This document shows positions 54,316 through 64,000 of a DNA stretch of 64,000 nucleotides, in pieces. Location of the stretch: assembly GCF_029227855.1 (NCBI RefSeq), contig NZ_CP074356.1. One strand, 5' to 3'. The position numbers and the translations under genes were made by a program. This DNA comes from Escherichia coli (lineage in GTDB: Bacteria; Pseudomonadota; Gammaproteobacteria; Enterobacterales; Enterobacteriaceae). The notes under the pieces were generated by a model that was not told where the DNA came from, made no database searches, and saw nothing but the letters and a program-made list of their open reading frames with translations. Within the stretch, counting starts at the first letter, position 1, and each line of letters begins with the position of its first letter.

Positions 54316-56394
54316 TTAAATCAATGCCGATTTATCAATTCCCAGTCGCTTCATCCGTGACAGCAGAGTCGTGCGTTTCAGCCCCAGACGTTGCGCAGCG
54401 CCTTTAGGCCCGGCAACCACGCCGTTTGTTTCTTTCAGCACGCGAACAATCAACTGATATTCATCTTCGCCCTCCTGGGCGACAACCGTTGCGGCAGGCG
54501 GCGTTTCTGGTTCCGGTAAAACAATATCTGGCAGTGACAGCTGCAGCACGTTGCCGCGTGTTAGCAATACCGCGCGCTCGATGACGTTTTCCAGTTCGCG
54601 CACGTTACCCGGCCACTCCATGTTGCTCAAGGTGCGCAACGTCTCGGCAGGAATGCTGTCGATATTGCGCCCCAGACGACGGGCAATTTTGAAGGTAAAG
54701 GCTTTCGCCAGCAGCGGAATATCTTCCGGACGCTCGCGCAGGGGCGGCAGGTGGATCGGGAATACGTTCAGGCGGTAATAGAGATCGCTACGGAACTCTC
54801 GGTCGGCGACCATTTTTTTCAGATCGCGGTTAGTCGCGGCAATTAAACGTACGTCCGTCTGAATGATTTTGTTGCTGCCGAGGCGTTCAAACTCCTGTTC
54901 CTGTAATACACGCAGCAACTTCGGCTGTAACTCCAGTGGCATATCGCCCACTTCGTCGAGGAACAGGGAGCTTTTATCCGCCAGTTCAAAACGACCAATG
55001 CGCTGGGCGCTGGCACCGGTAAAAGCCCCACGCTCATGACCAAACAGATCGCTCTCCAGCAATCCGGCAGGCATCGCCGCGCAGTTCATTTTTACCATGC
55101 GGCGATTATTACGCCCACTGAGATTATGGATAGCACGGGCAATCAGCTCTTTACCTGTACCAGTTTCACCGAGAATCAGCACGGTACTGTCGCTTTGCGC
55201 CACCATTTCAACTTGTTTAAGTACGCTGTACATGGCTTCGCTGCGGCCAATAATCTCGCCAAATTCACTATCAACATTGTTGAGCTGCTCGGTCAGGGCG
55301 AGGTTTTCATCAACCAGCCGTTCTTTCAGACGATGGATTTCCTGATAGGCGAGGGCGTTATCGACAGCGATTGCCACACGTTCGGCAATCTGGCGCAGTA
55401 AATTCAGATTGGTAGTGGTAAACACTTTCTCTTCGCATTGCGCCAGTTTCAGCACGCCCAGCATGGTGTCGCCAGACATCAGCGGTAACAGGCACAAGGT
55501 TTGAATCTGGTTGCCCCAGGTGTCGAACAACATGCGTTCATAGGGGGCTAAATCGTCCCGCTCGTGGAGATTAATCAGCAGCATCTCTTTGCTTTTGAAC
55601 ACGCGTTCGGTGAGGGTTCCGGCTTCATCGACTTCGCTCTGTTCGTGGGCGGGATGCTGTTTATCAAGATAGTGAGTGGAGTAGATGTTGAGTTTGTTTT
55701 TACGGTGGCTGCGTAAGACGATGCTGATATCGTCAATGTCGAAGTAGTAATGGATTTCTTTGGCGACTTCGCTGACCAGTTCGTCCATATCCAGGCGGGA
55801 AAGCACCGCGTTGGTGATGGCGACCAGGATACGGAAGTTATCGCGCTCCCGGCATAACAACTCATAGTCGACATTATTGACGACGCGGCTCTGGATTTGT
55901 TCGGTGACGACAGAAACGATCTGCGTAAATGTTTGCAGACGATTGAACTCTTTTTCGCTCCAGGGGCGATCGTCATAACGAATAAATTCACAGCCACCAA
56001 AAATATGCCCTTCCGCCGCCAGTGGCATCAGGCAATAGTGACCAAATTTGGGGTATAGCCCACCTGCGGCCAGCTGCGGCCAGGTTTCACAAAATTCTTC
56101 GTAACTGCAATGCAGCGTATCAGGGCGCGACAAAATGCTGCGTACCGGACCGTGTGCCAGAACAGTTTCGTCTTCATATTTAATGGGGGTGTCTTTTTCA
56201 CGCGATGCGTAATAAGACGCACGTTGAGTCTGCGCTTGCCACAACACAATAGCCGCGTTGTCGGCGAGCGCAGAACGCTTTACCAGTTGCGAAAGAGCCT
56301 CACACAGCGAGGCCAGATCGGGCTGCTGCAATAGTGTCCGAGTGATGTCGAACAACCCTTGTTGTCCGAGATCACTCATCGGTGTATATGACAT
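54316..56394 (-). CDS. fhlA: Formate hydrogenlyase transcriptional activator (sigma-54 enhancer-binding protein)
   Basis: Track ORF 54316-56430; start at MSYTPMSDLGQQGLFDITRTLLQQPDLASL... (692 aa); GAF domains, AAA+ sigma-54 activation domain (GETGTGKE, GAFTGA), C-terminal HTH. Confidence 0.9.
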   Translation of the reverse strand: MSYTPMSDLGQQGLFDITRTLLQQPDLASLCEALSQLVKRSALADNAAIVLWQAQTQRASYYASREKDTPIKYEDETVLAHGPVRSILSRPDTLHCSYEEFCETWPQLAAGGLYPKFGHYCLMPLAAEGHIFGGCEFIRYDDRPWSEKEFNRLQTFTQIVSVVTEQIQSRVVNNVDYELLCRERDNFRILVAITNAVLSRLDMDELVSEVAKEIHYYFDIDDISIVLRSHRKNKLNIYSTHYLDKQHPAHEQSEVDEAGTLTERVFKSKEMLLINLHERDDLAPYERMLFDTWGNQIQTLCLLPLMSGDTMLGVLKLAQCEEKVFTTTNLNLLRQIAERVAIAVDNALAYQEIHRLKERLVDENLALTEQLNNVDSEFGEIIGRSEAMYSVLKQVEMVAQSDSTVLILGETGTGKELIARAIHNLSGRNNRRMVKMNCAAMPAGLLESDLFGHERGAFTGASAQRIGRFELADKSSLFLDEVGDMPLELQPKLLRVLQEQEFERLGSNKIIQTDVRLIAATNRDLKKMVADREFRSDLYYRLNVFPIHLPPLRERPEDIPLLAKAFTFKIARRLGRNIDSIPAETLRTLSNMEWPGNVRELENVIERAVLLTRGNVLQLSLPDIVLPEPETPPAATVVAQEGEDEYQLIVRVLKETNGVVAGPKGAAQRLGLKRTTLLSRMKRLGIDKSALI

Positions 56395-56467
56395 TTTGTT
56401 CTTCCAGGAAAGCACCGCAAAGCGGTGCAAAAGGTCATTGACTAACTATAGGAGATTTAGAATTTTA

Positions 56468-57478
56468 TTAGCATATACGCGGAAGCGGTTCGGCGTGTGG
56501 TAAATCGAGGGTTCGTTTCACGCCATACAGACCGGCAAGACGAACACCTTTACGTTCCACCACTTCACCAATCAGCGCCGCGTCTTTCCCCAGTGGATGG
56601 GAATGTAACGCTGCCAAAACTTGCTCTGCCGCGTTGCGTTCAACGGCGATCACCAGTTTGCCTTCGTTGGCAAAGTTAAGGGCGTCCAGTCCCAGCAGTT
56701 CGCAAACGCCGCGCACAGCAGGTTTAACCGGCAGTGCCGCTTCTGAAATTTCAATACCGCAACCGCAGGCTGCCGCGAACTCATGAACTACCGCGTTTAC
56801 ACCACCACGGGTGGCATCACGCAGCGCTTTCACGCCGGGAATGTCACGCAGCGTCTGAATAAGCGGCGTTAGTACCGCGCAGTCGCTGACCAGTTCGCCG
56901 TCCAGCCCCAGTTGCTCACGCAGGTTAAGGATAGTCGCCCCGTGGTCGCCGAGCGTGCCGCTAACCAGTAATACATCGCCTGCGGTTAGCGTCTGTGCGC
57001 CCCAGTGAATATTCGCCGGAATTGCGCCCATGCCAGCGGTGTTGATAAACAGTTTATCTGCCGCGCCGCGCTGCACCACTTTAGTATCGCCAGTGACGAT
57101 GGCAATGCCTGCCGCGCGGGCGGTTTCTGCCATGCTGGTCACTACGGCTTTCAGTGTCTCCATCGGCAATCCTTCTTCGAGGATAAAGCCACAGGAGAGA
57201 TAGCGCGGAATAGCGCCACTGACCGCTACGTCATTCGCGGTGCCGCAAATCGCCAGCTTGCCGATATTACCGCCAGGAAAGAACAGCGGGTCAATGACGT
57301 AACTGTCGGTGGAGAACGCCAGACGGTCGCCTTCCGCTACCAGCTGCGCCAGATCAAGACGGGCCTGATCTTCCTGCTCTGCCAGCCACGGGTTGGCAAA
57401 GGCTTCCATAAACAGGCTGTTGATTAATTGCTGCATCGCCTGGCCGCCGCTACCGTGGGCGAGTTGGATATTATTCAC
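56468..57478 (-). CDS. hypE: Hydrogenase maturation protein HypE
   Basis: 336-aa ORF MNNIQLAHGSGGQAMQQLINSLFMEAFANPWLAEQEDQARLD...; C-terminal PRIC. Confidence 0.9.
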   Translation of the reverse strand: MNNIQLAHGSGGQAMQQLINSLFMEAFANPWLAEQEDQARLDLAQLVAEGDRLAFSTDSYVIDPLFFPGGNIGKLAICGTANDVAVSGAIPRYLSCGFILEEGLPMETLKAVVTSMAETARAAGIAIVTGDTKVVQRGAADKLFINTAGMGAIPANIHWGAQTLTAGDVLLVSGTLGDHGATILNLREQLGLDGELVSDCAVLTPLIQTLRDIPGVKALRDATRGGVNAVVHEFAAACGCGIEISEAALPVKPAVRGVCELLGLDALNFANEGKLVIAVERNAAEQVLAALHSHPLGKDAALIGEVVERKGVRLAGLYGVKRTLDLPHAEPLPRIC

Positions 57479-58596
57479 GCTTCACTCTCCTGCTGACGAT
57501 ACTGATACCACGCGGCGCACGCTCCTTCGGAGGAAACCATCAGCGCACCAAACGCGGTTTGAGGATTACAGGTGTTACCAAACAGCGGGCATTGATGCGG
57601 CTTACATTTGCCCGTTAATACTTCGCCACAACGTGCGCGCGGGTCATCGCAGACCTGCTGCGGTGCCGGGCGGAAATGCGCTTCGGCATCGAATCGTTGA
57701 TAATCCGGCGTCAGGTGTACACCAGAAGATTCAATCACGCCTAAGCCGCGCCATTCGCTGTCGCCGTTGACACAGAACACATCGGCAATCGCCTGTTGCG
57801 CCAGCAGGTTACCGGCATCCGGCACCACCCGACGATACTGATTCTCTACCTTGCTGTGGGCCGCTATTTTCTGCTCCACCAGCATGACCACGCCTTGCAG
57901 TAGATCAAGGGGTTCGAAACCAGCGACCACCAGCGGACGATGAAAATCGCTGGCGATAAAATTATAGGCATCAGTGCCGATAACCATACTAACGTGACCG
58001 GGCGCAAGAAACGCGTCGATACCGTTATCCGGCTCTTCCAGCAAACTGCGCAGCGTCGGGATAAGCGTAATATGCTGGCAGAAGAAGTAAAAATTCTGCA
58101 CATCACGCGCTTTCGCCTGTTGCAGAGTGATGGCCGTCGTCGGCATGGTGGTTTCAAAACCTAAGCCGAAGAACACCACTTTGCGGGTTGGATTCTCCTG
58201 CGCCAGTTTCAACGCATCCATCGGCGAGTAAACGATGCGCACATCGGCACCGCGTGCTTTTGCCTGCAACAGCGATCCCTGTTTCCCCGGCACGCGCATG
58301 GCGTCGCCAAAGGTACAGAAGATGACTTCCGGATGGCTGGCAATCTCCACGCAGGTGTCGATTCTACCCATCGGCAGTACACACACCGGGCAACCGGGAC
58401 CGTGGATAAACTCAACGTTTTCCGGCAGCAACTGGTCGAGGCCGAATTTAAAAATGGCGTGGGTATGACCACCGCACACTTCCATAATCCGCAGAGGGCG
58501 TTCGGCGGTGTAAGAGAGATGTGAAGCACGTTCGCGCAGATGCTCAATTAACTGCATCACCTGTTCCGGCGAGCGATATTCATCAACAAAACGCAT
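57475..58596 (-). CDS. hypD: Hydrogenase maturation protein HypD
   Basis: 373-aa [52 protein letters not shown]... with CGGHTH and GPGCPVC motifs. Confidence 0.9.
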   Translation of the reverse strand: MRFVDEYRSPEQVMQLIEHLRERASHLSYTAERPLRIMEVCGGHTHAIFKFGLDQLLPENVEFIHGPGCPVCVLPMGRIDTCVEIASHPEVIFCTFGDAMRVPGKQGSLLQAKARGADVRIVYSPMDALKLAQENPTRKVVFFGLGFETTMPTTAITLQQAKARDVQNFYFFCQHITLIPTLRSLLEEPDNGIDAFLAPGHVSMVIGTDAYNFIASDFHRPLVVAGFEPLDLLQGVVMLVEQKIAAHSKVENQYRRVVPDAGNLLAQQAIADVFCVNGDSEWRGLGVIESSGVHLTPDYQRFDAEAHFRPAPQQVCDDPRARCGEVLTGKCKPHQCPLFGNTCNPQTAFGALMVSSEGACAAWYQYRQQESEA

Positions 58597-58868
58597 TATT
58601 TTTCCTCGCCATACAACAGCGCACCGACATCCGGCTCAACGTCAAACATGTTTTGTAAGGCGTCGAGAGTGTCGCGCGCTTCGGCTTCATTAATTACGCT
58701 CATGGCAAAGCCAACGTGAACCAGTACCCACTGGCCCACGCGCGGCTGACCGTTTTCATCGCAGCTGCCGACTAACGTTAAATCGACATCGCGCTGAATG
58801 CCGCAGACGTCGACTTTCGCCTGGTTGCCGTCAATGGTGCGGATCTGGCCGGGAACGCCTATGCACAT
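58596..58868 (-). CDS. hypC: Hydrogenase maturation chaperone HypC
   Basis: Track ORF 58596-58895; start at [30 protein letters not shown]... (90 aa), the conserved MC(L/I)G(V/I)P N-terminus. Confidence 0.9.
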   Translation of the reverse strand: MCIGVPGQIRTIDGNQAKVDVCGIQRDVDLTLVGSCDENGQPRVGQWVLVHVGFAMSVINEAEARDTLDALQNMFDVEPDVGALLYGEEK

Positions 58869-59731
58869 CGCTGTGTCTCCAGCCAGTTCAGCCACTGGTC
58901 CATCCCTTCGCCGCTGGTGGCGGAAATAAGGATGATTTCAATTTCTGGATTGACTTCGCGGGCGCAGGCGATGCACTTCTCAACGTCAAAGTTGAGATAC
59001 GGCAGCAAGTCAACTTTGTTGAGCAGCATCAGCGAAGCTGCGGCAAACATATGCGGATATTTCAGCGGTTTGTCTTCACCTTCGGTAACGGAAAGCACCG
59101 CCACTTTGTGTTTTTCACCGAGATCGAAGCTGGCCGGGCACACGAGGTTGCCGACGTTTTCGATAAACAGAATACCGTTATCGTCCAGTGGCAGGCGCGG
59201 TGCGGCGTCGGCAATCATCTGTGCGTCAAGATGGCAGCCTTTACCGGTATTCACCTGAATCGCTGGTGTGCCGGTAGCGCGAATGCGTGCGGCATCGTTC
59301 ACGGTTTGCTGATCGCCTTCAATAACCGCGCACGGAACGCTGTCTTTCAGGCGCATTAAGGTTTCCGTCAGCAGGGTGGTTTTACCGGAACCAGGGCTGG
59401 AAACCAGGTTGAGCACCAGTTGCTTGCGGGCAGCAAAGCGCGCGCGGTTGCGTTCAGCCAGACGGTTATTTTTGTCCAGCACGTCAATTTCGACTTCCAG
59501 CATCCGACGCTGGCTCATGCCCGGCGCGTGAGTGCCCGCTTCGCCATGACCGTAATGCAGGTCGCCTTCTTCAGTCTGGCTGGGGGTAAATTCAGGCGTT
59601 TTAATGCCGGTGATTTTCATCTTCGGGCGTGCCGCCGGGGCAAATGGCGCGCTACGAAACGCGGAATGAGGGTTATGTTCATCACCCTCGATATACAGGT
59701 TGCCTTCACCGCAACCGCATGTTGTACACAT
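58859..59731 (-). CDS. hypB: Hydrogenase nickel-incorporation GTPase HypB
   Basis: 290-aa [28 protein letters not shown]...; metal-binding N-terminus, P-loop GSGKTTLL. Confidence 0.9.
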   Translation of the reverse strand: MCTTCGCGEGNLYIEGDEHNPHSAFRSAPFAPAARPKMKITGIKTPEFTPSQTEEGDLHYGHGEAGTHAPGMSQRRMLEVEIDVLDKNNRLAERNRARFAARKQLVLNLVSSPGSGKTTLLTETLMRLKDSVPCAVIEGDQQTVNDAARIRATGTPAIQVNTGKGCHLDAQMIADAAPRLPLDDNGILFIENVGNLVCPASFDLGEKHKVAVLSVTEGEDKPLKYPHMFAAASLMLLNKVDLLPYLNFDVEKCIACAREVNPEIEIILISATSGEGMDQWLNWLETQRCA

Positions 59732-59734
59732 CGC

Positions 59735-60085
59735 TCACTCCTGGTCTATTTCTATCCGCCGAATCTGTAAACCGTCGTCTGCCACAATCTGTAGCATGTC
59801 ACCATGACACTGTGGACAGCGGCGGACGCGCTGGGTCAGTAGCGTCACATACTGTTGGCATGTTTCACACCAGCATTCGGCCTCTTGTTCTTCGAGGTGC
59901 AGTTTACAACCTTCCGCCACGCTGCCGCGGCAAACCAGATCAAAACAAAAGGCAAGAGAGCTGGTTTCGACACAAGAAAATGCGCCAATTTTGAGCCAGA
60001 CCCCAGTTACGCGTTTTGCGCCGTGTTTTGCGGCCTGCTGTTCGATCAATTCCAGTGCCCGTTGGCAGAGGGTTATTTCGTGCAT
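59735..60085 (-). CDS. hypA: Hydrogenase nickel-insertion protein HypA
   Basis: Track ORF 59735-60097; start at MHEITLCQRALELIEQQAAKHGAKRVTGVWLKIGAF... (116 aa) with GGGAGG RBS; zinc motif CxxC...CxxC. Confidence 0.9.
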   Translation of the reverse strand: MHEITLCQRALELIEQQAAKHGAKRVTGVWLKIGAFSCVETSSLAFCFDLVCRGSVAEGCKLHLEEQEAECWCETCQQYVTLLTQRVRRCPQCHGDMLQIVADDGLQIRRIEIDQE

Positions 60086-60116
60086 ATCGCCTCCCATTAA
60101 CTATTGCCAGCTACAA

Positions 60117-60131
60117 GCAATAATTGTGCCA
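60117..60131 (-). promoter_or_regulatory. Sigma-54 (-24/-12) promoter for the hyp operon
   Basis: Minus strand reads TGGCACAATTATTGC (GG-N10-GC spacing), about 30 bp upstream of the hypA start. Confidence 0.5.
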
Positions 60132-60244
60132 GTGTTGATTATCCCTGCGGTGAATAATGTCGATGATGTCGAAATGACACGTCGACACGGCGACGAAATT
60201 CATCTTTAGCTTAAAAATCGCTTTAATAACAATAAATTAAAAGT

Positions 60245-60260
60245 TGGCACAAAAAATGCT
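60245..60260 (+). promoter_or_regulatory. Sigma-54 (-24/-12) promoter for the hyc operon
   Basis: TGGCACAAAAAATGCT with canonical GG/GC spacing, 36 bp upstream of the hycA ATG; FhlA is encoded nearby. Confidence 0.55.
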
Positions 60261-60296
60261 TAAAGCTGGCATCTCTGTTAAACGGGTAACCTGACA

Positions 60297-60758
60297 ATGA
60301 CTATTTGGGAAATAAGCGAGAAAGCCGATTACATCGCACAGCGGCATCGTCGCCTACAGGACCAGTGGCACATCTACTGCAATTCGCTGGTTCAGGGGAT
60401 CACGTTATCGAAAGCGCGCCTGCATCACGCCATGAGCTGCGCGCCGGACAAAGAACTCTGTTTCGTCCTTTTTGAACATTTTCGCATTTACGTCACCCTG
60501 GCGGATGGCTTTAACAGCCACACCATCGAGTATTACGTCGAAACAAAAGATGGTGAAGACAAACAGCGGATTGCGCAGGCGCAACTGAGCATTGACGGCA
60601 TGATTGATGGCAAGGTCAACATCCGCGATCGCGAACAGGTTCTGGAACACTATCTCGAAAAAATCGCTGGCGTTTACGACAGCTTATACACCGCCATTGA
60701 AAACAATGTGCCGGTGAATTTAAGCCAACTGGTAAAGGGACAAAGCCCGGCAGCATGA
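60297..60758 (+). CDS. hycA: Formate hydrogenlyase regulatory protein HycA
   Basis: 153-aa ORF MTIWEISEKADYIAQRHRRLQDQWHIYCNSLVQGITLSKARLHHAMSCAPDKELCFVLFEHF... Confidence 0.9.
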   Translation: MTIWEISEKADYIAQRHRRLQDQWHIYCNSLVQGITLSKARLHHAMSCAPDKELCFVLFEHFRIYVTLADGFNSHTIEYYVETKDGEDKQRIAQAQLSIDGMIDGKVNIRDREQVLEHYLEKIAGVYDSLYTAIENNVPVNLSQLVKGQSPAA

Positions 60759-60882
60759 GCTGAGGCTTTGCCCGTTTTGCAGGCGTTACGCCTGTTTGGG
60801 GATGGGCGTGTCGATGAGTGTCGAAAATGACATTTCATCGGCATGTTTTCGTCAAAAATGACAATCACCTGAGGAATGCCTG

Positions 60883-61494
60883 GTGAATCGTTTTGTAATT
60901 GCTGACTCCACGCTCTGTATCGGCTGCCACACCTGTGAGGCCGCCTGTTCAGAGACGCATCGCCAGCACGGCCTGCAATCAATGCCGCGCCTGCGAGTGA
61001 TGCTCAATGAAAAAGAATCTGCGCCGCAGCTCTGTCACCACTGTGAAGATGCGCCCTGTGCGGTGGTCTGCCCGGTTAACGCCATCACCCGCGTTGATGG
61101 GGCCGTGCAGTTGAATGAAAGCCTGTGCGTAAGCTGCAAACTGTGCGGCATCGCCTGCCCGTTTGGCGCAATTGAATTTTCCGGCAGCCGTCCGCTGGAT
61201 ATTCCGGCAAACGCCAATACCCCGAAAGCGCCACCGGCACCGCCTGCTCCGGCGCGTGTCAGCACATTGCTTGACTGGGTGCCAGGTATTCGCGCGATCG
61301 CCGTCAAATGTGACCTTTGTAGCTTTGATGAACAAGGTCCGGCCTGCGTGCGGATGTGCCCGACTAAAGCCCTGCATCTGGTGGATAACACCGATATCGC
61401 CCGCGTCAGCAAACGTAAGCGTGAGCTGACCTTTAACACGGACTTTGGCGATCTCACCTTGTTTCAGCAGGCTCAAAGTGGAGAGGCTAAATGA
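60883..61494 (+). CDS. hycB: Formate hydrogenlyase iron-sulfur subunit HycB
   Basis: 203-aa ORF with four CxxCxxCxxxCP ferredoxin motifs (CIGCHTCEAAC, CHHCEDAPCAVVCP, CVSCKLCGIACP, CDLCSF...CVRMCP). Confidence 0.9.
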   Translation: MNRFVIADSTLCIGCHTCEAACSETHRQHGLQSMPRLRVMLNEKESAPQLCHHCEDAPCAVVCPVNAITRVDGAVQLNESLCVSCKLCGIACPFGAIEFSGSRPLDIPANANTPKAPPAPPAPARVSTLLDWVPGIRAIAVKCDLCSFDEQGPACVRMCPTKALHLVDNTDIARVSKRKRELTFNTDFGDLTLFQQAQSGEAK

Positions 61495-63317
61495 GCGCAA
61501 TTTCCCTGATCAATAGCGGCGTGGCGTGGTTTGTCGCCGCCGCTGTTCTGGCATTTCTCTTTTCTTTTCAAAAGGCGCTAAGCGGCTGGATAGCCGGAAT
61601 TGGCGGCGCGGTGGGTAGTCTGTATACGGCAGCCGCGGGCTTCACTGTACTGACTGGCGCGGTTGGCGTGAGCGGTGCGCTGTCGCTGGTAAGCTACGAT
61701 GTGCAAATCTCTCCGCTTAACGCGATTTGGCTGATTACGCTCGGCCTGTGCGGTCTGTTTGTCAGCCTCTACAACATTGACTGGCATCGCCACGCGCAGG
61801 TGAAGTGCAACGGCTTGCAGATCAATATGTTGATGGCTGCTGCCGTCTGTGCCGTCATCGCCAGCAACCTCGGTATGTTCGTGGTAATGGCAGAAATCAT
61901 GGCCTTGTGCGCGGTGTTCCTCACCAACAACAGCAAAGAGGGCAAACTGTGGTTTGCACTGGGGCGTCTTGGCACTCTGCTGCTGGCGATTGCTTGCTGG
62001 CTGCTGTGGCAGCGTTACGGCACGCTGGATCTGCGCCTGCTGGATATGCGTATGCAACAGCTGCCGCTCGGTTCCGATATCTGGCTGCTCGGTGTGATTG
62101 GCTTTGGCCTGCTGGCCGGGATTATTCCGCTGCACGGCTGGGTGCCGCAGGCACATGCTAACGCCTCTGCGCCAGCTGCCGCGTTGTTTTCCACGGTAGT
62201 CATGAAAATTGGCCTGCTGGGCATTTTAACCCTGTCACTGCTGGGCGGTAATGCACCGCTGTGGTGGGGAATCGCGCTGCTGGTGCTCGGCATGATCACC
62301 GCGTTCGTCGGTGGTCTGTATGCGTTGATGGAACACAACATCCAGCGCCTGCTGGCTTACCACACCCTGGAAAATATCGGCATTATCCTGCTGGGGCTGG
62401 GCGCTGGCGTAACGGGTATCGCGCTCGAACAACCGGCGCTGATTGCTCTTGGCCTGGTCGGTGGTCTGTACCATCTGCTTAACCATAGCCTGTTCAAAAG
62501 CGTACTTTTCCTCGGGGCGGGGAGCGTCTGGTTCCGTACCGGTCATCGCGATATCGAAAAACTCGGTGGTATTGGCAAGAAAATGCCGGTTATCTCCATC
62601 GCCATGTTAGTTGGGCTGATGGCAATGGCTGCGTTGCCGCCGCTGAACGGGTTTGCCGGGGAATGGGTTATCTATCAATCCTTCTTCAAACTGAGCAATA
62701 GTGGCGCGTTTGTTGCCCGTCTGCTGGGGCCGCTGCTCGCAGTGGGTCTGGCAATTACCGGTGCGCTAGCGGTGATGTGTATGGCGAAAGTCTATGGCGT
62801 CACGTTCCTCGGCGCGCCGCGTACCAAAGAAGCCGAAAACGCCACCTGTGCGCCGCTCCTGATGAGCGTAAGCGTAGTGGCACTGGCGATTTGCTGCGTA
62901 ATTGGCGGTGTTGCTGCGCCGTGGCTGCTGCCGATGCTCTCTGCTGCTGTACCTCTGCCGCTGGAGCCTGCTAACACCACCGTTTCTCAACCCATGATCA
63001 CGTTGCTGCTGATTGCCTGCCCGCTGCTGCCATTCATCATTATGGCGATTTGCAAAGGCGACCGTTTGCCGTCGCGTTCCCGCGGCGCGGCCTGGGTGTG
63101 CGGCTACGACCACGAAAAATCAATGGTGATTACCGCTCACGGTTTTGCCATGCCGGTGAAACAGGCGTTTGCGCCAGTGCTGAAACTGCGCAAATGGCTG
63201 AATCCGGTGTCGCTGGTGCCGGGCTGGCAGTGCGAAGGCAGTGCGTTGCTGTTCCGCCGGATGGCGCTGGTTGAACTGGCGGTGCTGGTGGTGATTATTG
63301 TTTCACGAGGAGCCTGA
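61491..63317 (+). CDS. hycC: Formate hydrogenlyase membrane subunit HycC (NuoL/antiporter-like)
   Basis: 608-aa polytopic membrane ORF MSAISLINSGVAWFVAAAVLAFLFSFQKALSGW...; start overlaps hycB stop. Confidence 0.9.
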   Translation: MSAISLINSGVAWFVAAAVLAFLFSFQKALSGWIAGIGGAVGSLYTAAAGFTVLTGAVGVSGALSLVSYDVQISPLNAIWLITLGLCGLFVSLYNIDWHRHAQVKCNGLQINMLMAAAVCAVIASNLGMFVVMAEIMALCAVFLTNNSKEGKLWFALGRLGTLLLAIACWLLWQRYGTLDLRLLDMRMQQLPLGSDIWLLGVIGFGLLAGIIPLHGWVPQAHANASAPAAALFSTVVMKIGLLGILTLSLLGGNAPLWWGIALLVLGMITAFVGGLYALMEHNIQRLLAYHTLENIGIILLGLGAGVTGIALEQPALIALGLVGGLYHLLNHSLFKSVLFLGAGSVWFRTGHRDIEKLGGIGKKMPVISIAMLVGLMAMAALPPLNGFAGEWVIYQSFFKLSNSGAFVARLLGPLLAVGLAITGALAVMCMAKVYGVTFLGAPRTKEAENATCAPLLMSVSVVALAICCVIGGVAAPWLLPMLSAAVPLPLEPANTTVSQPMITLLLIACPLLPFIIMAICKGDRLPSRSRGAAWVCGYDHEKSMVITAHGFAMPVKQAFAPVLKLRKWLNPVSLVPGWQCEGSALLFRRMALVELAVLVVIIVSRGA

Positions 63318-63319
63318 GA

Positions 63320-64000
63320 ATGAGTGTTTTATATCCGTTAATTCAGGCGCTGGTGTTATTTGCCGTTGCGCCGCTGCTCTCCGGTATAACCCGCGTGGCG
63401 CGCGCCCGCTTGCATAACCGTCGCGGGCCGGGCGTGTTGCAGGAGTATCGCGACATTATCAAACTGCTGGGTCGCCAGAGCGTTGGCCCGGATGCCTCCG
63501 GCTGGGTGTTCCGCCTGACGCCGTATGTGATGGTGGGCGTCATGCTGACTATCGCTACTGCGCTGCCGGTGGTGACCGTTGGTTCTCCGCTGCCGCAGCT
63601 GGGCGATTTGATCACTTTACTGTATCTCTTTGCCATCGCGCGTTTCTTCTTTGCCATTTCTGGTCTGGATACCGGTAGCCCGTTTACCGCTATCGGCGCG
63701 AGCCGTGAAGCGATGCTTGGCGTGCTGGTTGAACCGATGCTGCTGCTTGGTCTGTGGGTCGCCGCACAGGTTGCCGGTTCCACCAACATCAGCAACATCA
63801 CCGACACCGTTTATCACTGGCCGCTGAGCCAGAGCATTCCGCTGGTGCTGGCGCTTTGTGCCTGTGCATTCGCCACCTTTATCGAAATGGGCAAACTGCC
63901 GTTCGACCTGGCGGAAGCCGAGCAGGAGTTGCAGGAAGGTCCGCTCTCTGAGTATAGCGGCAGCGGCTTTGGCGTCATGAAATGGGGTATCAGCCTGAAA
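63320..64000 (+). CDS. hycD: Formate hydrogenlyase membrane subunit HycD (NuoH-like), 5' part; runs off window end
   Basis: Open frame from ATG at 63320 (MSVLYPLIQALVLFAVAPLLSGITRVARARLHNRRGPGVLQEYRDIIKLLGRQ...) to the window edge; not in the ORF track because it is truncated. Confidence 0.85.
   Translation, partial: MSVLYPLIQALVLFAVAPLLSGITRVARARLHNRRGPGVLQEYRDIIKLLGRQSVGPDASGWVFRLTPYVMVGVMLTIATALPVVTVGSPLPQLGDLITLLYLFAIARFFFAISGLDTGSPFTAIGASREAMLGVLVEPMLLLGLWVAAQVAGSTNISNITDTVYHWPLSQSIPLVLALCACAFATFIEMGKLPFDLAEAEQELQEGPLSEYSGSGFGVMKWGISLK

Overview
This window reads as an Escherichia coli chromosomal segment, in the reverse orientation to the K-12 map, running ygcG-queE through cysJIH, a complete type I-E CRISPR-Cas locus, iap-cysDNC, ispDF-truD-surE-pcm-nlpD-rpoS, a variable rpoS-mutS island, mutS, fhlA, hypABCDE and hycABCD. 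Gene identities rest on ORF-track translations compared with proteins I recall; no database search was run. There are two CRISPR arrays with the same 29-bp repeat family: an orphan array (9 spacers) beside queE, and a 10-spacer array downstream of cas3-cse1-cse2-cas7-cas5-cas6e-cas1-cas2; a short degenerate repeat remnant lies between the first array and ygcE. The Cas3 and Cse1 sequences differ from the K-12 proteins, whereas Cas1/Cas2 are nearly identical to them. I do not see a clearly novel multi-gene defence system. The best candidate for something undescribed is regulatory: the divergent yqcE and ygcW operons each carry an intrinsic terminator about 25 nt upstream of the start codon, with a shared motif on the 5' arm, and the cluster encodes a GlpP-family antiterminator (YgcP). 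Other points worth a second look are an apparent frameshift at the 3' end of cas3, a hok-family toxin gene between cysH and cas3, a leader-proximal repeat variant in the cas-linked array, an IS200 copy just after the rpoS terminator, a MarR/UbiX/UbiD decarboxylase island, and a tandem-Mop gene downstream of fhlA.
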